The notes beneath the pieces are model-generated. The model ran no database searches. It had not been told where the DNA came from and was given only the letters and a program-made list of their open reading frames with translations. A stretch of 64,000 bases of DNA from Candidatus Multivoradales bacterium. Lineage in GTDB: Bacteria > Acidobacteriota > Thermoanaerobaculia > Multivoradales > JAHEKO01. The stretch is taken from NCBI GenBank assembly GCA_965223855.1, contig CBDCXM010000008.1, positions 224,001 to 288,000 on the forward strand, in the 5' to 3' direction. This document shows, piece by piece, positions 52,305-60,235 of the stretch (positions are counted from its first letter, which is position 1; each line of letters opens with the position of its first letter). The translations under genes and the position numbers were made by a program.

Positions 52305-54848
52305 CTACCGAGGTGAGGCGGCGGGAGAAGGACGGGCTAGAAGCAGATCGATGTCATCGAGCCAGTCGCTCTCGGGGTGTCGATCTCGCAGCTCCCGGAA
52401 GGTCGCCGAGGCTGCCTCGACGTCGCCCAGCCGGTAGAGGCTCTCACCCCAGCGGAACCAAGCTTCGGCTACGTACGGATGGCGGGGGTAGTCGATCGCG
52501 AAGCGGCGCGACCATTCCCGCGCCGACCTCCAGTTGCCGTCCGAGGCGTCGCAACGGGCCAGATGGATGACCCCTTCGAGGGCATGCCTCGACGCCGGGA
52601 AGTCCTCCACGATCGAAGCGAACTTCGGCCAGGCCGGCGCGCAACCCTCCTCGCGGTAGAGACTCATCGCCTCATCGAGCCGCCGATCCTCGGTAGGGAC
52701 CTCCCACGGGGCGCACGCCAAGATCATCGCCAGGCCATAGCTCCCCAGAAGGCAACCGCGCAGAACACTCTCGACCGACGCCGCCACCCACCGGGAGTGC
52801 CCCTCCCGCCCGCCACCCCGCCGGCGCCGGAGGATGAGGCCGACCACCAGGACCGACACGACGGAGATCGAGAGTCCGGCGATCTCGACTCCCGTCCGCT
52901 CGAATCGCAGCTCGAGCTGCCGGGATCGAGGAACGACCAGCATCAGACTCGGCGCCGCCAGATGCACGGCACTGCCGTCCGACGCCCGCCAACGCGGGTG
53001 ATAGGAGACCTTCACCAGAAGCGGATGACCCGGCGTTTCGGTTTCGAGCCGGATCGACCGGCGCCCGAGGCGGGCGCTCGCCCGCGGCGGCGACGGGAAA
53101 GGGACGCCGTCCCAGAAGTCGGGCAGCTCCCTGACCTTGCGACCGAGCTCGGACGCGCCCGGAGTGCCGCTCCAGACCAGAGGCCTCGAAGTCCAACCAT
53201 CACGCCGGAACCAGCGGTAGCTCGCCCCCTTCCAGTCGGCCAGCGGCGCGTCGATCACCAGCGGCCTCTGCTCCAGCGGCTCCACGTAGCGGGGAGGCTC
53301 CCCTTTCAGGCGGTAGACCGAGTACGGGGGGACCCGGGAGACGAGCTCGTAGCTCGACGAACTCTCGTAGGCGTCGATCGCACGATCGCTGCGCACGATC
53401 ACCTCGCCCGCCGCGAAGGTTCGCAGTCGTGGTGCCGCACCGTCCGGGTCGAGCCAGGAACAGCCGAAGTTGGGGAACGGGCACGACTGGAGGCTCGAAA
53501 TCTGACTCTGCAACAGGAAGAGGAACGGCGAGCTCAGAGAGGACTGGCCGTACAGGCCCTCGAGTGTGGCCCTGCCGGAGAAACGCGGCACACTCTCGAA
53601 GGCCCGGATCGTGCCGACGGTGTCGTAGAGCGGTGAGTGCTCCCAGGCGACTCGCGAGTCTCCGAGGTCACCCCTGACCTCCTCCATCACGCGCGAGAAC
53701 TCCGCCCATCCCGGAGCCCCCTCGAACCCGCGGTAGTTCCAGTCGGCCCAGCCGGGGATCCGCGAGGGCGCCATCACTTGGCCGACCGCCACGGCGAGGA
53801 AGGCGATCCAGGTCAGGAGCAGCGGCGCCCGGCTCGCCTCCGCGATCCTCCCGAGGGCACACGCCCCGAGCAGGACCAGCGCAAGCTGGCCGAAGGGCGG
53901 GAACCTGATGTCGACCAGCCCGAGAAACCAGGCGGCGCGAAAGAGCACGAAGGACACCAGCGGCGTCACGAGAAGCGGCAACAACCATCCATCCTGCTTC
54001 CGGATTCTTCCCCACCCGCACAGGGCGACGACTCCCCAACCGACGGCGAGCAGCATCCACGGGACGAGGGAGGGCGGCAGCACCGAACCCCAGCCGGTCG
54101 AGCCCCACTCGTCACCGTACGCCGTGCCGTACGGAGCATAGGCGAGCGAGGGCACGAGCCAGAACGCGGTGAGCCCGAGCCCGAGAACGACGGTGCCCGC
54201 AGCCCGTACCGCGCCTCGCGGCACCACCAGCAGGAAGGCGGGGGCCACCGCCATCGCCACCACGAAGGGGTAACCGTGAGAGAGGGCCAGTCCGGCGAGC
54301 GCCGACGCCGGCCAGACGACGGACTCCCGTTCACGGAGACAGCGGCCGAGGAGCCCGAGGAAGAGCAGAAACCAGACGACTCCGTGGGAGTAGGCGAACT
54401 CGCCGGCCAGCACACTGAGGAGATTGCCGCCCCACACCACGTGACTCTCGTGCAGCAGAAAGGCGACCGCTCCGACCGCGCCGCACAGCGCCACGATCCG
54501 GGACTGCCCGAGCCACCTGAGGCAGCACCAGGCAGCTGGTGGGAGAGCGAAAACACCGACGAGCGAACCCAGGTTGAACGCCGTCTCCGGCCCCAGGACC
54601 GGCGCCGCCGCCGCCATGAGCAGGAACGGCAGCGGGAAGTACGGCTGGAAGAGCGGGAAGCCTGCCAACGCTTCCGGCATCCAATCGAGCAGCCGCCCCT
54701 CCGGCAGCGACTCCAGAAGATGCAGCAGCGTCTGGTAGTGAGAGGCGAGGTCCCCTCCGGTCGCCGCACGGCCGCTGAAGATGGCACCGCCCACGACCGC
54801 CAGCAGCAGCAGCTCGAGCGCTGCCAGCAGGGCGAGGTGGGGCGTCAT
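52305..54848 (-). CDS. YfhO/'PTPS-related' multi-pass membrane protein (putative GT-C glycosyltransferase) with C-terminal TPR
   Basis: TGGDLASH, W.PE..AGFPLF..YFPLP, many TM helices, KVSYHPRW; BamD/CpoB-like TPR (YPRHPYVAEAWFRWG). Start uncertain (54848 or 54920). Confidence 0.7.
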   Translation of the reverse strand: MTPHLALLAALELLLLAVVGGAIFSGRAATGGDLASHYQTLLHLLESLPEGRLLDWMPEALAGFPLFQPYFPLPFLLMAAAAPVLGPETAFNLGSLVGVFALPPAAWCCLRWLGQSRIVALCGAVGAVAFLLHESHVVWGGNLLSVLAGEFAYSHGVVWFLLFLGLLGRCLRERESVVWPASALAGLALSHGYPFVVAMAVAPAFLLVVPRGAVRAAGTVVLGLGLTAFWLVPSLAYAPYGTAYGDEWGSTGWGSVLPPSLVPWMLLAVGWGVVALCGWGRIRKQDGWLLPLLVTPLVSFVLFRAAWFLGLVDIRFPPFGQLALVLLGACALGRIAEASRAPLLLTWIAFLAVAVGQVMAPSRIPGWADWNYRGFEGAPGWAEFSRVMEEVRGDLGDSRVAWEHSPLYDTVGTIRAFESVPRFSGRATLEGLYGQSSLSSPFLFLLQSQISSLQSCPFPNFGCSWLDPDGAAPRLRTFAAGEVIVRSDRAIDAYESSSSYELVSRVPPYSVYRLKGEPPRYVEPLEQRPLVIDAPLADWKGASYRWFRRDGWTSRPLVWSGTPGASELGRKVRELPDFWDGVPFPSPPRASARLGRRSIRLETETPGHPLLVKVSYHPRWRASDGSAVHLAAPSLMLVVPRSRQLELRFERTGVEIAGLSISVVSVLVVGLILRRRRGGGREGHSRWVAASVESVLRGCLLGSYGLAMILACAPWEVPTEDRRLDEAMSLYREEGCAPAWPKFASIVEDFPASRHALEGVIHLARCDASDGNWRSAREWSRRFAIDYPRHPYVAEAWFRWGESLYRLGDVEAASATFRELRDRHPESDWLDDIDLLLARPSPAASPR

Positions 54849-54969
54849 CCCTTGGGCGAGCCTCTGCCCCGGGACCGGCTTTCCGGGCGTGGGCTTGCCC
54901 AGACTAGGCTTGCCCGGCATTGGCGTCGAAGGGGTGACTCCCTGGCTCAAGGCGACCCCGTGCCGCCGC

Positions 54970-55758
54970 TCAGCGCCGACGGAACTGAAGGAGGGCGAAG
55001 GCCGCGACACTCCCCGCCAGCGCCGCCAGCAGTGCCCAGGTGAGCCACGGCCGTTGCGGTGGAGCGACAATCGTCAACGTCGTCCCGACGACCCGGGTGA
55101 TCGAGCGGCCCTCTGCCTTCGTCTCGACGAGCGCAAAGATCGGATAGCTGCTGCCGGCAAGACCGCTGCGATTGCGAATCGAAACCGCTATGTCGGCCGA
55201 TCGAAGGGGGCCCAGCTCCACCCGCGAAGGCTCGCCGAACTCGAGCTCGTCGGGAGCCCACCACGAGATCGTCGCCGAACGCGCCTCGTCGACCCGGCTC
55301 ACGAGGTTGGCGACCGCGCGCCCCCGAGTCGCGAGAGGTGAGGCCTCGAACGTGCCGGCGACCGGCGGCTCGACGCTCCCGTCGATCACTGCCTCCAGCG
55401 CCGACACCGCGCTGAGGGCATAGTCGTTGGCGTCGCGATATCGCACCCTCAAGAGCACGGCGACCCGAGCCGCCGCAGGGAGCGCCTCCTCGAAGGAGCG
55501 CACCTCCTCCGCACCGGGAGAGAGGTCGGTCGCCTCCCAGGAGTGAGTCGCGTCGCCGATGCGAAGCTCGAGGCGCGGCGCGACCGCAGCCTCCTCACCG
55601 CTGTTGCGAACGCTGGCGAGGCACTCGAACATCGCCTCCGACGGCGTACAGCTCAGCGCGAGATCGAGGGAGATCCGCCCGGCGCTCGCGGTGGCGGGCA
55701 ACGTCGCCGCGACGGCGACGAGCCATCCCGCCACTCGCCCGGCGCGACGGGCGTCCAT
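54970..55758 (-). CDS. Exported beta-rich (Ig-like) protein with C-terminal membrane anchor
   Basis: Signal peptide ..ATASA; VRNSGE/IRNRSG Ig-like strands; C-terminal TM helix followed by RRR. Confidence 0.7.
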   Translation of the reverse strand: MDARRAGRVAGWLVAVAATLPATASAGRISLDLALSCTPSEAMFECLASVRNSGEEAAVAPRLELRIGDATHSWEATDLSPGAEEVRSFEEALPAAARVAVLLRVRYRDANDYALSAVSALEAVIDGSVEPPVAGTFEASPLATRGRAVANLVSRVDEARSATISWWAPDELEFGEPSRVELGPLRSADIAVSIRNRSGLAGSSYPIFALVETKAEGRSITRVVGTTLTIVAPPQRPWLTWALLAALAGSVAAFALLQFRRR

Positions 55759-55783
55759 TGAACGGCGTCCCTCCACCCGGCCG

Positions 55784-56596
55784 TCAGGGGCAGACGGCGC
55801 CGTCGTTGCACCAGTCGAGCACGGTCTGACAGTCCGAACCGCTACAGCCGGTTCCGGAAATGTCGAACTGGTTGTGCTCCAGGCCGCCGTGCGCACAGCC
55901 ATTCGTCGCGGGCTTGCAGACGATCTCGCTGACCATCATGTTGCACGAACCGGTGTCGAGACGGCTCAGGATGTTGTTGCAGGCCGCCGAGGGCGTGGTG
56001 TCGAGCAGCAGATTGCCCGACGGACTCCCACCGGTGTGGCAATCGATGCACTGATTCTCACCGGTCGGGAGCGGAGGCCGGCCTTCCGACCACAGTGGAT
56101 GCACGTCCAGGGTGTAGTCCGTTCCCATGGTCGTGGTCGTAGTGGTCGTGGTGGTGGTCGTCGTTGTGGTCGTCGTCGTGGTGGTCGTAGTGGTTGTGGT
56201 CGTGCTCGTCGTGCTCGTCGAAGACGTCGAGCTGGTGCTCGATGAGGTGGTCGACGAGGTGCTCGAGGTCGTGCCGGTGGTGGACGTCGTCGCTGTGGTC
56301 GACGTGGTCCCGGTCGTGGAAGTCGTCGCCGTCGTGGTGGTCGTCGTGGACGTGGTCGACGTAGTGCTCGTCGAGGTCGACGAAGTCGACGTGGAGGTCG
56401 AGGCCGTCGTCGTCGTGGTCGTGGTGGTCGTCGTCGTGGTGGTGGTCGTCGTCGTGGTCGTGCTGGTCACGTTCGGATCACCGGCCGGGGTCGGGTCCGT
56501 CGGCGATCGACGCTTGCTGTTGCAGCCCGGCCCCGCAAGGGCGACGACGAGGACGCACAAGACGAGCGTCCAGAGTGGGAGATGCGATCTTTCCAA
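55784..56596 (-). CDS. Lipoprotein with ~110-aa Thr/Ser stalk and C-terminal monoheme c-type cytochrome domain
   Basis: Hydrophobic signal ending LAGPGC; poly-Thr written with mixed ACN codons; DVHPLW..CIDCH..NLLLD..VLDW..GA resembles the planctomycete cytochrome c domain. TTG start tentative. Confidence 0.8.
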   Translation of the reverse strand: MERSHLPLWTLVLCVLVVALAGPGCNSKRRSPTDPTPAGDPNVTSTTTTTTTTTTTTTTTTTTTASTSTSTSSTSTSTTSTTSTTTTTTATTSTTGTTSTTATTSTTGTTSSTSSTTSSSTSSTSSTSTTSTTTTTTTTTTTTTTTTTTTTTTTTTMGTDYTLDVHPLWSEGRPPLPTGENQCIDCHTGGSPSGNLLLDTTPSAACNNILSRLDTGSCNMMVSEIVCKPATNGCAHGGLEHNQFDISGTGCSGSDCQTVLDWCNDGAVCP

Positions 56597-56611
56597 GAGT
56601 TCGATCTTTCG

Positions 56612-56664
56612 TTGACGGACTTCCGGGGCCTCGACTATTGTAACAACCAAGCCGTTGCCAGCAA
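56612..56664. promoter_or_regulatory. Overlapping divergent promoter candidates
   Basis: Plus strand TTGACG-N18-TATTGT; minus strand TTGCTG-N16-TACAAT with extended TG. Confidence 0.45.
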
Positions 56665-56730
56665 CTATCCTGCACGTAGGCCCCGATCGCCGGAGCCTCG
56701 ACGAAGAATCGACATGAGTAGGGGGCTCCC

Positions 56731-58059
56731 GTGAGACGAACCATCCAAGTTGCCGTGATTCTGGGCCTGCTGGGCACGGCGGGCATCGCGCACGGCCAGC
56801 AGTCCGAGCTGGCCTTCGTCATCCAGAACCTGTTCGGCACCATCGAACTCGACAACGACTTTCACGAGGCCCACTTCTCGGGCGAACAGCAGCTCGAGCT
56901 GATCAACGACACCTTCGTCGCCGCCTTCGCACCGGCGCTGACAACGCTCCCGGTCGGTTCGCCCGGCGGCGGCTTCGCCTACAACTACGACCCGGACACC
57001 GGCGTCTTCACGCGGGCCAGTGAGTCCTTCGGCTCGCTCTTCTCGGAGCGTGCTCTGACGATCGGCCGCGGCAAGTGGAACATCGGTCTCTCGGCCCAGT
57101 CGGTCGAGTTCGACGACTACGGCTCGATCGAGCTGTCGCGGCGCGGCGTCAACTTCCAGCTCCTCCATCTCGACACCGGCGAGAACGGCCGGCTCAATCC
57201 GTTCTTCGAGGGCGATGTCATCTCGACTCAGATGCAGGTCGATCTCGCGACCGACTCGACGGTGCTGGTCGTGACCTACGGCGTCACCGACAAGTTCGAC
57301 GTCTCGTTCGCCGTGCCGCAGGTCGAGACGCAGCTCGACGTCGAAGCTCGCCTCGACATCCTGCGGCTCTCCAGTGACGAGCTCGGGTCGGCGATCCACG
57401 GCTTCAATCTCAACGACCCGAACCTTCAGGTACTCAACGAAGACTCGGCCATCGCACGCAGCTCCGCCAGCGCATCCGGAATCGGAGACGTCCTCGTGCG
57501 TGGCAAGTACCGCTTCCGCGACGCCCCCGGCGGCGGCATGGCCGCAGGAGTCGATCTGCGGCTGGCGACCGGCGACGAGCGCAAGCTCCTCGGCACCGGC
57601 GGCACCCAGGTCAAGATGTTCCTGATCGGCAGCCGCGAGTTCGGCAGGTTCGCCCCCTTGTTCAACCTCGGCTACACCTTCTCCGGCGTCGGCGGCCAGG
57701 TGCTCGACACCCTGCCGGACGAGATCAACTACTCGGTCGGTTTCGCGATCGCCGCCGGCCAGCGCTTCACCATCAACGGCGACCTCGTCGGCCGCCGCCT
57801 GCTCGACGCCCCCGGCCTTCGGCAGTCGAGCGACGACTTCTTCTTCGCCATGAGCAACGGCGGCGAGGTGTTCGACACCCGGCTGCCGACCGTCGATCGC
57901 ACCATCGACGACCAGGACATCTCCTTCGGCTCCATCGGCTTCCGCCTCAACCCGAAGGGCTCGCTGCTGATCTCCGCCAACGCGATCTTCTCGCTCTCCG
58001 ACGACGGCCTGATCGACCAGGACGTCATCCCGGTCTTCTCGATCGACTACAGCTTCTAG
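56731..58059 (+). CDS. Outer-membrane beta-barrel protein (COG4313/Phenol_MetA_deg-like 'transporter')
   Basis: Signal peptide; amphipathic strands; SGIGDVLVRGKYRF, LATGD..LGTG; C-terminal FSIDYSF BAM signature. Confidence 0.75.
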   Translation: MRRTIQVAVILGLLGTAGIAHGQQSELAFVIQNLFGTIELDNDFHEAHFSGEQQLELINDTFVAAFAPALTTLPVGSPGGGFAYNYDPDTGVFTRASESFGSLFSERALTIGRGKWNIGLSAQSVEFDDYGSIELSRRGVNFQLLHLDTGENGRLNPFFEGDVISTQMQVDLATDSTVLVVTYGVTDKFDVSFAVPQVETQLDVEARLDILRLSSDELGSAIHGFNLNDPNLQVLNEDSAIARSSASASGIGDVLVRGKYRFRDAPGGGMAAGVDLRLATGDERKLLGTGGTQVKMFLIGSREFGRFAPLFNLGYTFSGVGGQVLDTLPDEINYSVGFAIAAGQRFTINGDLVGRRLLDAPGLRQSSDDFFFAMSNGGEVFDTRLPTVDRTIDDQDISFGSIGFRLNPKGSLLISANAIFSLSDDGLIDQDVIPVFSIDYSF

Positions 58060-58083
58060 GAGGGCGTCAGCCCCGAAGAACCC

Positions 58084-58109
58084 AGGCGGCCCCGCGGGGC
58101 CGCCTTTTT
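58084..58109 (+). terminator. Intrinsic terminator after the barrel gene
   Basis: AGGCGGCCCC-GC-GGGGCCGCCT followed by TTTT. Confidence 0.85.
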
Positions 58110-58167
58110 CCTGTAGCCGAGGCCGGGTGCCGCGAGAGCAGAACCGGCGACTAAGCCAGCGTCGAAC

Positions 58168-58389
58168 CTCCGCCTCACGAGCGAAGCGAGTGAGCCACCG
58201 AGGGAATCGCTCCTGAGCACGCACCTGCGCGTGCGACGACCGATCCCCGTCTCCCGCTCCATGAGCGGCAGCGGCTCGTTGAACTCCGTCTCACGAGCGA
58301 AGCGAGTGAACCACCAAGGGAATCGCTCCTGAGCACGCGCCTGCGCGTGCGACGACCGATTCCCGTCTCTCGCTCCATGAGCGGCAGCG
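58168..58389. repeat. Two tandem ~106-bp units (116-bp period), each with an inverted copy of the tRNA-Gly 3' end
   Basis: 58168-58273 and 58284-58389 are near-identical; 58241-58261 and 58357-58377 each match the reverse complement of 58392-58412 at 20 of 21 positions. Confidence 0.9.
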
Positions 58390-58391
58390 AA

Positions 58392-58466
58392 TGGAGCGGG
58401 AGACGGGAATCGAACCCGCGACCAACGGCTTGGAAGGCCGAGACTCTACCACTGAGTTACTCCCGC
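58392..58466 (-). tRNA. tRNA-Gly (TCC)
   Basis: GCGGGAG..CGGC-CTTCCAA-GCCG..GTTCGATTC..CTCCCGCTCCA. Confidence 0.97.
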
Positions 58467-58582
58467 GATCGGCGACCGCCATGGTGGGCGGCGACCGCCG
58501 CCGAGCGGACTTTACCACCCCGCGAAGGAACCGAGCGGCGACCGCCCGGCAAGGACGGGGCCCTTGCTAGGTTAAGCCTCCG

Positions 58583-60235
58583 ATGCCTCGAAGCCTTACC
58601 AGCACGGCCGCCATCCTCGGCGCCCTCGCCCTGTCGACGAGCTTGTCGAACGCAACCGATGAGGCAGGCTCCTCGGTGTCGGACGACCTGCGCTGCCACG
58701 TCCTCGCGCCCCTCGTGGCCGGCGATGGCCTACCCGAAGTCGAAGCTTCGAAGCCCACCGCTGAACCGGGCCCCGAAGACCTGCTGCGCACCGTACGCAG
58801 CCGGCTCGTCGACTACGAGCTCGCCGAGGAAGCCAGGCGATCGGGCTTCGACGCGACGCCGGAGGTGGCCGAACTCCTTTCCCGTGTGAGAAGACGACAC
58901 CTCGTAGAATCAGCGGAAGCCTCCTTCGTCTCCGAGCGGACGATCGGCGACGACGAGATCCAGACCTACTTCGCCGCCCATCCGCAACGCTTCTCGATCG
59001 ACGAGCGCATCGCCACGCGCTTCCTGATGCTCAAGCTGCCGCCCGAGGCGTCGGCCGAGGCCGTCGACGCGACGCGGCGTCGTCTGGAGGACCTGAGGGA
59101 GAGAATCGTCGCCGGAGAGAGATTCACCGACCTCGCCCGGGAGCACAGCGAGGCCGAGAACGCACGGCGCGGCGGGGCGGTTCAGGCGAGCCCTCGCGGC
59201 ACCCTGCTCGAAGAGTACGAGGCGGCCGCCTGGGAGCTCCAGCCGGGTGAGGTGAGCGACATCGTCGAGCTTCCCGGAGGGCTGGCGTTGATCCTGCTCG
59301 ACGCTCGATTCCCGGCGCGCACCCTCGAGCTCGACGCGGCTCGGCCGCGGATCGAAGCGGAGCTGCGCGATCTGGAGCGGGAGCGACGCCGAAGCGAAGC
59401 GCTCGCGGAGGCCGAACGTCGCTGGCCCCTCCGACGGGACGACGAGGCGAAGACGGTCACCCTCGGAGAGCGCACGCTGACCTTCGAGGAGCTCGGCGTC
59501 GGCGGCCGGCCGCCGCGCTTCGAGGAACGGCTTCAGGCGGCGATCGACGAGCAGCGCCTCGCCCGCTGGGCGCTCGAGTCGGGGGTTGCGGACACGCCGG
59601 AGACCAAAGCACGCTGGAGCAGCGTCGCCGACCGCCTGCTGGCGGGCGAGCTCCTGCGCGCCTCCGCGCGACGCTCGGAGCTCGCTGCAGAGCCGGCCGA
59701 CGAGGCGCGGCTGCGGGCGATGTACGAGCGCCGCGGCGCGAGCCTCGCCGGTCCCGAGCTGCGGGAGTTCGAGGTCGCCTTCGTCGCGGCCGCGAGCGGT
59801 CGGCTGCGCCCCGCTCATGCCGAGGCGACGCGAATCGCCACCGCCTGGCGGGAAGGCTTCCCTCCTCCGCCAGAGACCCTCGAGCGCTGGGGTCCGCTGC
59901 CGAGGAAGCTCCTCGGCAACCGCGTCTCACCCGCCGTCGCCGCTGCCGCCTTCGGGCTGTCAGAGGGCGAAATCAGCCCCGTGCTCCGCATGGAGCGCTA
60001 CGTCCCCGAGCGGGCCCGCTTCGAGCCCGAGGGGTTCATCGTCCTGCGGCTCGTGGCGAAGACGAGTCCCCACCCCCCGACCTACGAGGAGGCGCGACCG
60101 GGGCTCGAGGACGAGCTGCTCGCCGGGCGGATCGACGACAGGGTGCGGCGGCTGCGCGACGAGCGCGGGGCCGCGATCGCGGTGGAAGCGATCCTCGCCG
60201 GTTGCGGGATCACCCTTCCGGCCGGGTTGCGGTAG
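58583..60235 (+). CDS. Exported tandem parvulin peptidyl-prolyl isomerase/foldase
   Basis: Signal peptide; FTDLAREHSEAENARRGG, AWELQPGEVSDIV; second unit AFGLSEGEISPV. Confidence 0.85.
   Translation: MPRSLTSTAAILGALALSTSLSNATDEAGSSVSDDLRCHVLAPLVAGDGLPEVEASKPTAEPGPEDLLRTVRSRLVDYELAEEARRSGFDATPEVAELLSRVRRRHLVESAEASFVSERTIGDDEIQTYFAAHPQRFSIDERIATRFLMLKLPPEASAEAVDATRRRLEDLRERIVAGERFTDLAREHSEAENARRGGAVQASPRGTLLEEYEAAAWELQPGEVSDIVELPGGLALILLDARFPARTLELDAARPRIEAELRDLERERRRSEALAEAERRWPLRRDDEAKTVTLGERTLTFEELGVGGRPPRFEERLQAAIDEQRLARWALESGVADTPETKARWSSVADRLLAGELLRASARRSELAAEPADEARLRAMYERRGASLAGPELREFEVAFVAAASGRLRPAHAEATRIATAWREGFPPPPETLERWGPLPRKLLGNRVSPAVAAAAFGLSEGEISPVLRMERYVPERARFEPEGFIVLRLVAKTSPHPPTYEEARPGLEDELLAGRIDDRVRRLRDERGAAIAVEAILAGCGITLPAGLR

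Noticed and set aside
56127-56615. Poly-valine ORF on the plus strand
   Set aside because: Antisense shadow of the poly-Thr tract; the minus frame carries the signal peptide and CxxCH
58056-58378. Two small similar ORFs beginning MERETGIGRR
   Set aside because: By-products of the DNA repeat and the tRNA-end copy; no evidence of coding
58168-58389. Possible CRISPR array or prophage att site
   Set aside because: Only two ~106-bp units with no unique spacers and no cas or integrase genes; the tRNA fragment is inverted rather than direct
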